Source: Tubulanus polymorphus | Lineage: Eukaryota > Animalia > Nemertea | Assembly: GCF_964204645.1 (NCBI RefSeq) | Contig: NC_134035.1 | Coordinates: 13,576,686-13,640,685 of the forward strand | Direction of reading: 5' to 3' | Length of the DNA: 64,000 nucleotides | Shown here: piece after piece, positions 39,801-48,282 of the stretch | Layout of the letters: every line of letters starts with the position of its first letter | Numbering within the stretch: the stretch's first letter is position 1 | Translations under genes and position numbers: made by a program | The notes under the pieces: generated by a model | The model's input: the letters and a program-made list of their open reading frames with translations, nothing else | Told to the model about the DNA's origin: nothing | The model's database searches: none

Positions 39801-42800
39801 ACAAAAAATTAAATACAGCCAAAATCCGTTAGTTATTAAACCGTTCTCATTTCTAATGGCATTCTGTGTTCACTTTTGAAGCCAACAAGAGAACATTTCT
39901 CGGAGAACAAATTTCCTCGATCAAACTCAAATTTAATGGAAATATCATTCTTCATAACACCGTTAAATTCCTTTTAACACCATATCTATCATCAGTCCCA
40001 ATAATGGCAATATAACAGAGGACATTTTTCTGGGCTTCATATGGATTTCTGTGCGGATTTCTGAAGGAAAACTGTGCAATTTTATATGTACTCATCAAGG
40101 GTGAATCCAGTATTTCATAAGGCAGGTAAAATAGGGCCTTTTACTGTCTATAGAGTAGATAAGTGCTGATCAGGTGCCTTAACAAACCCAGGAAGAAAGA
40201 CACTAAATATTTGGATGGATATATGAAAGCTGTGGGTACTGGAGTGTGTAATGGGTAGTGTAGTGTGATCTGTGTGCATTTGTGGCCAGCACACAGACCC
40301 AGATATACGTAATAATACAGCCTGAATATAAATCAGGATACTTTTTATTTTACAAGTAACTGAAAACTGATAGGTTGAATTTTGAATATTGAAGAATGAA
40401 CGCGGCAGTTAAAGATTCCATCTCGTGATGATGAATTGATTTTTAATTCGTAATGAGTTTCGTGAAATATTTTTCGTCGAGATAAATTAGTGGCAAATTC
40501 AAGCATACAGCGCACACGCGGGGCGCGCGCCCTCGTGAGGCACCCCCGCTACTTGTGAGGTGCAGTCATGCGTCGTAAAACAAACTTGTACACGCTTCAA
40601 ATACCGTGTTCACATCAATATCGAATCAGTTAAAAACTGCTCTTCAGTTATACGTCCATATCGGTAAATCTAGCTAAAATCAAGGAGTTGCAACGGGCGG
40701 CAGTTGCTCAAAAGTTGGTTAAAGATAATCGGCCGTTAAATACCATAGTGACAATTTGATTGTATATGTGTCACTATGTCAACTATCGACTGGTTAAACT
40801 CTAAACAACTTTCGAACAACTGCAGCAGCCCTTGCAATTTTGTTCTACAGTTATTGTACATATCTAGAAAAGGGTTTGTGTCCTGGGACCGCGTGTCTGG
40901 ATTGTACAGCATGGTTTTAGATCCTAAGACTTGTCTTAAGTTGTGAGATTAGAACCAAAATGAGCTGAAGTTAGTCTTGAATCTGGGCTCTGGGTCCCTG
41001 TGTCATGGGTTCTGGTGTCCTACTGGGCTCTGGCTCCCTGTGTCATAGGTTCCAGTGTCCTTCTGGGCTCTGGGTCCCTGTGTCATGGGTTCTGGTGTCC
41101 ATCTGGGCTCTGGGTCCCTGTGTCATGGGTTCCAGTGTCCTTCTGGGCTCTGAGTCCCTGTGTCACGGGTTCCAGTGTCCTACTGGGCTTTGTGTCCCTG
41201 TGTCACGGGTTCCAGTGTCCTTCTGGGCTCTGGGTCCCTGTGTCACGGGTTCCAGTGTCCTTCTGGGCTCTGGGTCCCTGTGTCACGGGTTCTGGTGTCC
41301 TACTGGGCTCTGGGTCCCTGTGTCATGGGTTCCAGTGTCCATCTGGGCTCTGGGTCCCTGTGTCATGGGTTCCAGTGTCCATCTGGGCTCTGGGTCCCTG
41401 TGTCATGGGTTCCAGTGTCCATCTGGGCTCTGGGTCCCTGTGTCATGGGTTCCAGTGTCCATCTGGGCTCTGGGTCCCTGTGCTATGGGTTCTGGTGTCC
41501 TGTTTGTAACTTTGTGGAGTCATTTTTGGGACTCCCAAGTCTCTGTGGTTGTTCATGCTTTCACTAATGTTACTATTGATCTAGACTCCAGTGTATCATT
41601 GAACCACCAGTAGTAGTTTAACTATTGTCTCTGCCCTCAGGATGACGACCGGTCAGCTTGACCACTAATGGACTGGTCATTCTACTGGAGTAAACCGAAT
41701 GTTTATTTTACTGCAGGCATTGTTTACTCCTCTCGTTGCTAACTGCAAACAACGACCAATCATCTCTCAAGACATTTTGAATTTCATATTTTCATTTGAT
41801 GACCTGACATTTGAGAAATGTGACCTGACATTTGAGATATTTTACCTCACATTGTGAGATGTGGCCTCACATTTTGAGATGTGGCCTCACATTTTGAGAT
41901 GTGGCCTCACATTTTGAGATGTGGCCTCACATTTTGAGATGTGGCCTCACATTTTGAGATGTGGCCTCACATTTTGAGATGTGGCCTCACTAATTACTAA
42001 TTGATTTGGATTTTATAATTAGATAGATAAATAATGTAACTGATGGATCTATGACCCCCCCCCCCCACGTTCCTTACTGGTCTTACTTGTTATGTTAGGC
42101 AAATTTTTCATCCATATTTCGATAAAGTGTTTCCGATAAATTTGATACAACCACAAAATGATAAAACTGTTTCACAATCTTGTGGTTGATATGACTGATT
42201 GTTAGTGGGGGAGGGGGTGATACGGGGGGGGGGGTAAGAACAATGGGAGCTCATTTAATCCTACACAAATCCCCCACCTCTCCACACAGCGCGGCAGGTC
42301 CGTACAAACCGTAAATTAATCATACTGTTTAACTACATTGTTGACTTTTAGATGAAAATTATCAATTGAAACATTGTACGAATATTGACACAACGCAACA
42401 GACCGTGAGCCTCAGTTACTGACAGACCGCGAGCCTCAGTTACTGACAGAGAGAGAACAGCGAGGTTTCAACGGGGAATAATTTGTTTGTCGTTGGTTTT
42501 TACAAAGTTTACTGATCAGTGATTAATACGAGGGGATCGTCAGTCAGTTTCAAGTGATCAGTATTTACTCATCCATTTCACTGATGAGTTGTAGAAGAAT
42601 GAGTTTTAGAGAGTTGTACTGCTCCACGCCGGTGCCGTACTGTAGCGTGCCGTGCCTCATGCTGGCCATGCCCTGCTCCACGCCGATTCTCGTTGCGTTT
42701 GAAATCATTGAATGATTTAATTAAACCGATCGTTAACGAGCGTCACTAACGAGTGCGGTACTAATTACATCTAACGATGTCGGGTGATTTTATGATGATT

Positions 42801-44941
42801 TAAACGTCCGTAAATTCACCACGACAACAACAATCTGATAAATGCAGTTATAACATCAGTATTCTGGAAGATGACTATTAGAATATAGTGGAAATATCAA
42901 AACATTCTGTAGTGATAACGAATTGATTTAGTTAAAGTCGATGATATGGTGTTATAACCATTGATGAAACATTCTGAGTCCGTGTTGTAAAAATGATATA
43001 AAATCCCTGCACATTGAAAATGAAAAATTCCAAAATGTTTCTTGGGCTAATAGTTTATCATTCGACGTTTCAACTTTATCCTAATAGTCATCTTCAGGAA
43101 TACTGATCGTCCTCGTTACAGCCATTGATGAAACACTCTGAGTCAGTGTTGTAAAGATAATATAAAATCCTACTCTAAACACGCATGAAACAATTAAAGG
43201 GGGGTATACTGATGACTATTAGGATAAAGTGTCCAGTGAATTCTAGTGCAAGGAAAACGTCAAATAACTAATTAGTCGAGGGAAACATTTCAGACTTTTT
43301 ATTCTCGTGCGGTATTTTATGTGACACCACGAATAAATGATTTACATTGTGTATATTTTACTATCCACTATTCGAGCACAGACTACGAGCGAAGTTGTGA
43401 TTCCTGTTTGGCGCCAGCACTTCCCATTATTCCGCAATCAAGACCTGCTCTCTTTCTCTTCTCTCTGTCTTTTTACTCATTGTTATCGTCAATGAAGTGA
43501 ATTGAATTGTGTAAAGATTGAGTGGTCGTATTTATTATTCTCTCGTCTGTTTTTCGTTTTTATTTCGTCGTTCTCGCGGTTTTTGATGATAAGTTGTCAT
43601 TTCACACGCAACGAGAATCTTTATCATCATCGACATAATATCCCTCCTCGCTAAGAATAAAAACAGTAACGAAATGTTTACTTGAGCTAGTGCAGTTTGT
43701 TTGATGTTTCAACTTTATCCTAATAGCAGGAATTCATGAGTTTAGTGTAGTTTATTCAACGTTTCAACTTTATTCTAATAGTCATCTTCTAGAATACTGA
43801 ATACCTTGAGCTAGTGTAGTTTATTGGACGTTTCGACTATATCCTAATAGTCATCTTCAGGAATACTGTATTCCTTGAGCTAGTGTAGTTTATTCAACGT
43901 TTCCACTATGTCCTAATAGTCATCTTCTAGAATACTGAATACCTTGAGCTAGTGTAGTTTATTGGACGTTTCGACTTTATTCTAATAGTCATCTTCTGGA
44001 ATAATGATGTAATTCCAGTCAAAGAATGAATAAATTCTGAAATGTTTCCTTGAGCTAGTGTAGTAATCTCAGTTTTGCCTATACCCTAATAGTCATCTTC
44101 AGGAATACTGATACTAGTCTGCAGATACACTCCATTAAGTTTCCTAAGTCTGAGTTAAGGACGCAAAAATAAGAAATTAATCGGGAGATTTGTTTTAGTC
44201 CAAAGTCCGAAATTAGGCAAGGTTTACTGTATAAACTATCAATCATATCTAGTTGGAAGAAGCCTGTTGAGTGTTGGGTGAAGCCTTGTGGAAATAGAGC
44301 CCAGAGGCCTTCATGTGAGAGGGTAGTGGGGGGTTAAGGAGGGTCGTCTGTTGGGCACGTGCTTCAATAACATCACTTAATACTATTAAATCTCAATAAA
44401 CCAAATATCTAAATAATCTAAGATATCGAATATCATTAGGAGCACGAGAGCCGCGAGTACTTGTAGTTATAGAGGTTTGAAGTGCTTTCCTAACTGGGAG
44501 ATGGAAGGGTATGTTATCTCTCCTGATACTCAGAGAGAGTTGGATAGTTATACCTGCAGGCTGTGAGGGGGATGAGAGGGAGGATGAGAGGGAGGAAGGC
44601 CACGGCGTATATTTGTCTTATGAAGGATGATTAACATTTCTATAACGGTTGAATAGATTTCTGACTTGTGTTGTTTAAAACGTTCGGTCGTTGTGTCGTT
44701 TCAGGATAGAGCAGCTGAAATCATACTGACTCTCGGCGAGGCCTTCGAAGTCGCGTATCAGATCGCTAAACTCGAGGAACAAGCTAACAATGCAGATACA
44801 TCACCACCAGCATCACCAGCACCACCAGCAGCAGCAGCTGTATCAATGGGACAACAAGATGAGATCAATCCATCAGTAATAACAACAACAATTAATACTA
44901 TTAGTGATACTAGTGATTCAAGCGCTGCCTTAATTGATTGA
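1196..44941 (+). CDS. ANKS1: ANKS1A/ANKS1B-family ankyrin-SAM-SAM-PTB adaptor gene, 5'-partial, 24 coding exons (whole span)
   Basis: Exons join in consistent phase through GT-AG introns. The translation shows ankyrin repeats ([44 protein letters not shown]), SAM1 ([14 protein letters not shown]), SAM2 ([11 protein letters not shown]) and a PTB domain (YLGS...GVKFID...FAYITKD...[14 protein letters not shown]), in the order known for ANKS1 proteins. Confidence 0.95.
1388..1790. repeat. Degenerate minisatellite (gatatcttgagattctgataatc)
   Basis: Visible tandem periodicity. Confidence 0.85.
2596..2721 (+). CDS. Candidate alternative first coding exon ([22 protein letters not shown]...ADCC)
   Basis: ATG + 42 codons ending at a phase-0 GTAAGT, compatible with exon 5911; CpG-rich surroundings. 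Confidence 0.45.
2928..4430. repeat. G-rich 59/65-bp minisatellite, about 24 copies
   Basis: gctgagttcagtgtttagggatgagagctggactgggggagggtatg(gttcag)n. Confidence 0.95.
5911..5985 (+). CDS. ANKS1: ANKS1 exon, ankyrin repeat ([25 protein letters not shown])
   Basis: T-rich tract + AG; GAG|GTAAG donor; phase 0/0; not in the ORF track. Confidence 0.93.
5988..6500. repeat. 82-bp minisatellite (~5 copies) starting inside the splice donor, then 18-bp repeats
   Basis: aagcattgtgggctacagg... at 5988, 6070 and onward. Confidence 0.9.
6779..6843. repeat. Intronic (CAG)n microsatellite
   Basis: About 21 triplets. Confidence 0.95.
7250..7471 (+). CDS. ANKS1: ANKS1 exon, ankyrin repeats ([24 protein letters not shown]...GFDVNTA)
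   Basis: tttcAG acceptor; GCG|GTAGGT donor; two ankyrin repeats. Confidence 0.93.
7527..7686. mobile_element. Short MITE, monomeric relative of the 19966-20860 array
   Basis: gggtttcataga...tctatgaaaccggg TIRs; reverse complement matches the last unit plus tail of the array. Confidence 0.7.
7960..8178 (+). repeat. 5 x 44-bp tandem duplication of a splice acceptor and exon start
   Basis: AG at 7977, 8021, 8065, 8109, 8153. Confidence 0.95.
8155..8332 (+). CDS. ANKS1: ANKS1 exon, last ankyrin repeat ([23 protein letters not shown]...IALLIK)
   Basis: Uses the last of five duplicated acceptors; C|GTATGT donor, phase 1. Confidence 0.9.
8350..8655. repeat. 28-bp minisatellite
   Basis: ccgggtgaccggtaatccagtccccagt units. 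Confidence 0.85.
8707..8816 (+). CDS. ANKS1: ANKS1 linker exon ([12 protein letters not shown]...KSNQ)
   Basis: ttgcAG acceptor, phase 1 matches previous exon; CAG|GTATGG donor. Confidence 0.8.
9097..9452 (+). CDS. ANKS1: ANKS1 linker exon, Pro-rich, YENV motif (alternative in-frame acceptor at 9169)
   Basis: tttcAG acceptor; CG|GTAAG donor, phase 2; open frame. Confidence 0.82.
9742..10502 (+). CDS. ANKS1: ANKS1 linker exon with nine YxxP motifs
   Basis: gacAG acceptor phase 2; T|GTAAGT donor phase 1; 761-nt open frame. Confidence 0.88.
10731..10807 (+). CDS. ANKS1: ANKS1 linker exon ([12 protein letters not shown]...STM)
   Basis: tttcAG acceptor (NAGNAG); ATG|GTGAGT donor; bridges phase 1 to 0. 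Confidence 0.82.
11008..11629 (+). CDS. ANKS1: ANKS1 linker exon (acidic, Tyr motifs, polyQ)
   Basis: tttcAG acceptor; G|GTAAAA donor phase 1; open frame. Confidence 0.85.
11994..12181 (+). CDS. ANKS1: ANKS1 linker exon ([12 protein letters not shown])
   Basis: tttcAG acceptor phase 1; AAC|GTAAGT donor. Confidence 0.87.
12197..12500 (-). mobile_element. ~166-bp head-to-tail repeat, each unit with a minimal type I hammerhead ribozyme (retrozyme/Penelope-like)
   Basis: Minus strand reads TATTC-CTGAAGA-T-GACTAT-loop-ATAGTY-GAAA-CG-TT/GAATA; two cores 166 nt apart. Confidence 0.75.
12292..12335 (-). ncRNA. Hammerhead ribozyme motif (type I, minimal)
   Basis: CUGAAGA and GAAA cores; helix I UAUUC/GAAUA; helix II GACUAU/AUAGUU; predicted cut after GUU between 12297 and 12296. 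Confidence 0.7.
12585..12660 (+). mobile_element. Inverted, degenerate copy of the hammerhead repeat
   Basis: TATTC-CTGAAGA...GAAACGTTGAA with mismatched helix II. Confidence 0.6.
13223..13512. mobile_element. piggyBac-like MITE
   Basis: TTAA-CCCTTTCAGTGC...GCACTGAAAGGG-TTAA (TIRs plus TTAA target duplication). Confidence 0.85.
13587..13725 (+). CDS. ANKS1: ANKS1 linker exon ([10 protein letters not shown]...DENPFI)
   Basis: ttttAG acceptor; G|GTAAAA donor; forms PFxGLLxGS with the next exon. Confidence 0.85.
13820..14400. mobile_element. Nested cluster of GGCC-ended MITEs (families also at ~7030-7190, 15170-15610, 31960-32430, 40697-40980, 45100-45226, 59250-59530)
   Basis: Recurrent ggccagttgc(t/a)ca...tg(a/t)gcaactggcc ends and ttaagaccagtct interiors. 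Confidence 0.65.
14490..14504 (+). CDS. Candidate 15-nt microexon
   Basis: Long pyrimidine tract, tAG, 15 nt, GTAAGT; phase 1/1, no stop. Confidence 0.5.
15831..16122. mobile_element. MITE with ~95-bp TIRs (family also at ~9479-9692 and ~47856-48282)
   Basis: atgtttatttcaac...gttgaaataaacgt long inverted ends; three similar copies in the window. Confidence 0.75.
16216..16619 (+). CDS. ANKS1: ANKS1 linker exon (GLLKGS...ESDEWNE)
   Basis: ttaAG acceptor phase 1; GAG|GTATAG donor; WxEI motif continues into next exon. Confidence 0.87.
16955..17342. repeat. 16-18-bp minisatellite
   Basis: cagacagagatacctcc/ct units. Confidence 0.9.
17576..17810. mobile_element. Inverted pair of hammerhead-repeat copies (intact core on minus strand, 17655-17698)
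   Basis: tatatagagaatcccaca / tgtgggattctgtatata inverted ends; minus strand CTGAAGA-T-GACTAT-CAGGTT-ATAGTC-GAAACGTT. Confidence 0.65.
17862..17958 (+). CDS. ANKS1: ANKS1 pre-SAM exon ([12 protein letters not shown]...LIS)
   Basis: tgtAG acceptor; G|GTAAGC donor. Confidence 0.87.
18495..18598 (+). CDS. ANKS1: ANKS1 SAM1 exon a ([29 protein letters not shown])
   Basis: SAM consensus; ttAG acceptor, ATG|GTAAGA donor. Confidence 0.93.
19047..19158 (+). CDS. ANKS1: ANKS1 SAM1 exon b ([25 protein letters not shown])
   Basis: SAM consensus; tgtAG acceptor, G|GTCAGT donor. Confidence 0.92.
19281..19324 (+). ncRNA. Second-family minimal hammerhead motif inside a ~33-bp inverted repeat (19230-19369)
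   Basis: CTGATGA-A-GCTTCTA-TACAT-TAGTAGT-GAAA-GC-TT; palindromic AGCT helix III. Confidence 0.55.
19387..19664. mobile_element. piggyBac-like MITE, second copy
   Basis: Same TIRs and interior as 13223-13512; right TSD mutated to GTAA. Confidence 0.8.
19730..19887 (+). CDS. ANKS1: ANKS1 SAM2 exon a ([17 protein letters not shown]...LWELELTT)
   Basis: SAM consensus; tgtAG acceptor, ACA|GTAAGA donor. Confidence 0.93.
19966..20860. repeat. 11 x 75-bp tandem array derived from one MITE end, plus the rest of the MITE
   Basis: Units start every 75 bp from 19967 to 20717; closes with the opposite TIR tctatgaaacccagtcc. Confidence 0.9.
21227..21340 (+). CDS. ANKS1: ANKS1 SAM2 exon b ([17 protein letters not shown])
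   Basis: SAM C-terminal helix LGHRKRIL; tgtAG acceptor, TTA|GTGAGT donor. Confidence 0.93.
21711..21740 (+). CDS. ANKS1: ANKS1 30-nt mini-exon ([10 protein letters not shown])
   Basis: ttttcAG acceptor, GAG|GTATTG donor, phase 0/0; skippable without frameshift. Confidence 0.6.
21832..21945. mobile_element. Harbinger-like MITE with CTG target duplication
   Basis: CTG-gggccagttttatagactggtattatctttaacc...ggttaaagataataccagtctataaaactgagcc-CTG. Confidence 0.75.
22615..22785 (+). CDS. ANKS1: ANKS1 SAM-PTB linker exon ([13 protein letters not shown]...DSTK)
   Basis: ttttcAG acceptor; AAG|GTTCGT donor; in-frame internal GTAAGT at 22657. Confidence 0.75.
23218..23376 (+). CDS. ANKS1: ANKS1 exon, start of PTB (RPP...[18 protein letters not shown])
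   Basis: WxHxPxxLI motif preceding the ANKS1 PTB; CAT|GTGAGT donor. Confidence 0.9.
23487..23558 (+). CDS. ANKS1: ANKS1 PTB exon ([24 protein letters not shown])
   Basis: PTB YLGS motif; tacAG acceptor, AAG|GTATGT donor. Confidence 0.93.
23675..23698 (+). CDS. Candidate 24-nt microexon in the PTB domain (LRYWERLK)
   Basis: tgtttgttttcaAG acceptor, AAG|GTTTGT donor, phase 0/0. Confidence 0.35.
24061..24352. repeat. 44-bp minisatellite
   Basis: gagttaactcttactcacaactgtagaactggatc units. Confidence 0.9.
24451..25105. repeat. 29-bp purine-rich minisatellite, about 22 copies
   Basis: ggggaggggatggtgatgatgatatagag. Confidence 0.95.
25743..25829 (+). CDS. ANKS1: ANKS1 PTB exon ([29 protein letters not shown])
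   Basis: PTB strand motif; ttccAG acceptor, AAG|GTAAGT donor. Confidence 0.93.
26069..26137 (-). mobile_element. tRNA-derived SINE-like head (A and B boxes), followed by TTAGGG-containing body towards ~25885
   Basis: Minus strand TGGTCTAGTGG (A box) and GGTTCAAATCC (B box); imperfect cloverleaf. Confidence 0.55.
29060..29285. repeat. 89-bp tandem repeat (~2.5 copies)
   Basis: aaatagagatgacttcagtaatgtgacgac recurs. Confidence 0.8.
30001..30680. repeat. C-rich 38/32-bp minisatellite
   Basis: ccgtaccctgaccagcccaaactcaacccaccctgtac. Confidence 0.95.
31096..31233 (+). CDS. ANKS1: ANKS1 PTB exon ([17 protein letters not shown]...FAYITKD...HYCHVF)
   Basis: PTB core; tttcAG acceptor, ACC|GTAAGT donor. 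Confidence 0.95.
32955..33270. repeat. ~105-bp tandem repeat, 3 copies
   Basis: ttttggtgtcttgttgttcttgctg recurs three times. Confidence 0.85.
34620..34990. repeat. 30-bp minisatellite
   Basis: taccctgaaatatcactctacaatttcaaa. Confidence 0.95.
36414..36836. repeat. 20-bp minisatellite
   Basis: gtttggacagcgtattgtga. Confidence 0.95.
37047..37348. mobile_element. Fold-back/MITE with >100-bp inverted arms
   Basis: tttcagctagttacaacaactcaattgaataatg... versus ...cattattcaattgagttgttgtaaccagctgaaa. Confidence 0.75.
38809..39336. mobile_element. MITE-like element with ~29-bp terminal inverted repeats, containing a hammerhead-repeat copy (38881-39030)
   Basis: aggctagaaaaatcgataccttgtttctc versus gagaaacaaggtatcgttttatttcagcct. 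Confidence 0.55.
40982..41500. repeat. 40-bp minisatellite
   Basis: tctgggctctgggtccctgtgtcatgggttccagtgtcc. Confidence 0.95.
41855..41990. repeat. 20-bp minisatellite
   Basis: gtggcctcacattttgagat. Confidence 0.9.
42855..43320. mobile_element. Cluster of hammerhead-repeat copies (best core on minus strand, 43059-43102)
   Basis: ~164-bp period (ccattgatgaaac at 42958 and 43122); GUC cleavage triplet; degenerate inverted copies on both sides. Confidence 0.65.
43650..44110 (-). repeat. 69-bp tandem array of hammerhead cores (about 6 units)
   Basis: ccttgagctagtgtag at 43804, 43873, 43942; each unit spans the ribozyme fold. Confidence 0.75.
44705..44941 (+). CDS. ANKS1: ANKS1 terminal coding exon ([19 protein letters not shown]...ALID stop)
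   Basis: PTB C-terminal helix; tttcAG acceptor; TGA at 44939-41. Confidence 0.93.
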   Translation, partial: DRAAEIILTLGEAFEVAYQIAKLEEQANNADTSPPASPAPPAAAAVSMGQQDEINPSVITTTINTISDTSDSSAALID

Positions 44942-46577
44942 TGGTAGCTTCCTCCTCCCAGCCTCTCCGTCTCACAGCTTCCTCCTCCCTGCCTCTCCGT
45001 CTCACAGCTTCCTCTCACAGCCTCTTGTACAGCGTTCCAGCAAGGAAAGTGATTCCCGGAACCATCTCTCTCTATCTTACAACTCTAGATTATACCATCA
45101 GGGGCTGCAAATGCTCAAAACTTAAATTTAACCGGTGGATAGTTGACATAGTGACAATTAAAAGTTCATTGTAGCCATGAAAATATCGGATGGTTAATTT
45201 AAACCGCCTTTTGAACAAATGGCTCCAGGTAGCAAGCTCCTAACAACAGGTACGCAGCCAGGTGGCGCAGTCTTACCGTCCACCCCCTTAGCAGCAGATC
45301 AATGAGTACCTGATACAGTAAACCAGCAGAGGGTAACCCCTTCTCACTCCATACCACCGGGCGGGCAGGGGGGCAGGACAGGAGGAACTGTTCTCCGTTT
45401 TACCTACGTTCTGCTCCCTCTCCCTATAGAGGTCCCACAGTACCAGAACTGTATACTGCCAGCAGACAGGTCAGTGATCCCACAGCACCAGAGCCCCCTT
45501 TAGACCCAGCAGGCAGGTCAGTGATCCCACACTACCAAAACCCCCTCCTCAGACAATATAGTCTCGGTATATGTCACAAACTTCCAGTTGATAACTTCAA
45601 TAAGCCACCTGTATGGTATAATATAGCGGAGAGCTGTGATAACTAACTACCCCCTCTCCGTGTCAATGCACTCAAAATCTGTTTACCGAAAAGATTTGAG
45701 TCAGATTTACAAAGAAGTCTTCGTCGTGGTCTTTATTCATTTATAATCGAACAACAAAAGTTGTTGTAATAGTTTTCAATCTAGTGAGTGTAGTGAGGCA
45801 ATGAGAGAGAGCGCGAGAGGAGAGAGAGAGAGAGAGACTTCGTCTTCGAAGTGAACGCGCGTAAGATTTATGAGTTGTATCACATTAACTATTGTTGTCG
45901 AATGACGTTTATAAATAGAGTGTAATAGCCGTATGATAGGTGGGTCTGCTCCGTGGCGCCGGACTGACTCGTAACGACTCTCTTACTCTTTATACTCTGT
46001 TCCATCTGGCGCGGTTATTTTGTTGCGTGTGAAATTAACGTTTTCTCTCGTCGTCGGACGCGACGCTTTTGAATTACGGGCGAATTTATTACGATATCTC
46101 GTTATTACACGTTTTAATGTGTTACGTGAAAAGCTTTCGGGTGTTAAACGCTAATTTCATAGCGCATATTTATGAGTTCAGTTTCCTCTCCCTCTCTCTC
46201 TCTCTTTCTCCTCTCTCTCCCTCTCTCTGCGTGGAGAGAGAGATGAGTGTTCATTTCTTGCTATGTAATCGATGATATTTACATTTGAATCGGACCGCGA
46301 GTATTTAAGGATATTCAATCGTCAGGTTAGATGACAGACTCTCGACGATCTGCTGTAAAGCCTGAATTTAGGTCGTATTAAACCACGTCGCGATGTGACA
46401 TTAACAGTCTTAAAGACCGAATTGCAGACGTTCGGATTGTATCTTGGCGCGACCTGAGTTCAGGCTTTAGATCGAGGAACTGTGTATCAGTCACAACACT
46501 TCAAATTACTCTTGGGTCAAATCTTACTCTTGGATAATCCACTTAAGTCGAAACTTATCCTAGGATAATCCACTTAA

Positions 46578-46801
46578 TTGTATCTAGACGCTCCTATAGT
46601 TTATCTAGACGCTCCTATAGTGTATCTAGACGCTCCTATAGTTTATCTAGACGCTCCTATAGTTTATCTAGACGCTCCTATAGCTTATCTAGACGCTCCT
46701 ATAGTGAATCTAGACGCTCCTATAGTGTATCTAGACGCTCCTATAGTTTATCTAGACGCTCCTATAGTGAAGCTAGACGCTCCTATAGTTTATCTAGACG
46801 C
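46578..46801. repeat. 21-bp minisatellite
   Basis: tatctagacgctcctatagtt. Confidence 0.95.
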
Positions 46802-47855
46802 TTTTTCTGAGCTTTATATTTTTTGATGATGTAACGTATTATCACTGTGTCATTCACTGAACGTATGTATATATATAGAATAACGCTCGTAAACATGTAC
46901 AGCCGAGCGACGGGTAGGGGTCAACATTCCCCGACCCCCGCAACGCAAATAACAATGATGCAAATAATAATAGTTGAAATGCCAAACGTAAGAATAGAAT
47001 TTTGCTCAATGATTTCATGTATTTTTTTTTTGTCGTTCTTAATACTGCATCAATAATGTAAATGTAAATTCAACTATTTCTTGCGTATTTTGCAAATTGA
47101 TTAATAATATTTGTCGTTTCTTGCCTTAAGCTTTAGTAGTAGAATCATCTAGATGAAGTAGTTGATTATTTTATTATTAGTAGATTTAAATGATATGATA
47201 ATGCTGGAATTAATGAATTGATAATACTTAGACAAGATGCATTTTATTGTAACGGGCTATAGCATATATATAACTGAGATTGTATGATATCAATTATCTC
47301 CTACTGGTAATTGTTTGTTTTATGACGACATTCTCGTGCAAGAGATCTATAGTTATTTAAGAAACAGTGGATCACCGACGTAGGAACAGTTATCCTCAGT
47401 TATCTCCAGTTATCCTCAGTTATCCACCGGTACTGGTTTAGCTTCAGCCAACAATCAAGTTAGCCCAGGTAACTGGTCGGCTTGAGTAACTAGTCTCCTT
47501 GCTGATTTGTTTAATGCTGCTCAGATATTTTCATGCGAGATTAATTTCTATTCAAGAAATTTAGAAAGAAGTCAATAATAATAATAATAATAAATACAGC
47601 TGCAAAGCAGCAATAACGGGTTTTCTGCCGTGCCCCCGATATTCGCACTAATGGGGATAGAAAGAGATTCTTTTCATGATGATGATGATGATAATGATCA
47701 TTGGCTTTATTTGATAAATCTGTATATAGTCAGGTAATAACAGTAATAGTACAATGTAACATTTATCATATTTGAATATATTGTAAACAATGTAGCAGGA
47801 AGTATATAAACACATTCCCCAGTAAATTACATTGTATATAAGCAATATTCTGATT

Positions 47856-48282
47856 ATAGTCTATTTCGAGTTAACTTGAGAGCACATCAGGTGCCTGCCT
47901 AGCTAAGTCAGTGTTGATGGTACATACCTGATAAAAGTCTTCATAGGACCAGAAAGGACAGGCAGTCGACCTAAAACATTGAATTTCAATCCAATCTTCA
48001 CTGTATTGAAGGATATATTAACAGCTTTCATTGAAGGGGTTCATGAGAGAAAATAAACCGCCTGATTTGAATGTTCAACAATGTGTTTCCATGCCTACAT
48101 TCCGTAATTTTTGAAAATTTGAAAAAAAAACTCCAGTTGGTAGGCATGGTGACGTATTGTTAAACTTTATTTGTTCATGAAAATAATGTCTCTTTTCTTT
48201 TATCAGGTAGGTACGTACCACCGAATCTGTTTGAGCTAGGCCACATGATGTGCTCTCACGTCAAGTTGAAATAGACATTAGT
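47856..48282. mobile_element. Long-TIR MITE copy in the putative 3' UTR
   Basis: Same termini and gaccagaaagga interior as the 9479 and 15831 copies. Confidence 0.7.

Noticed and set aside
41000-41613. Cys/Gly/Trp-rich ORFs in all three frames
   Set aside because: Stop-free 40-bp minisatellite. The same applies to the ORFs at 36317, 34745, 46578 and 1385.
2928-46801. Regular repeats resembling CRISPR arrays
   Set aside because: Units are contiguous with no unique spacers, no cas genes are present, and the context is a spliced eukaryotic gene.
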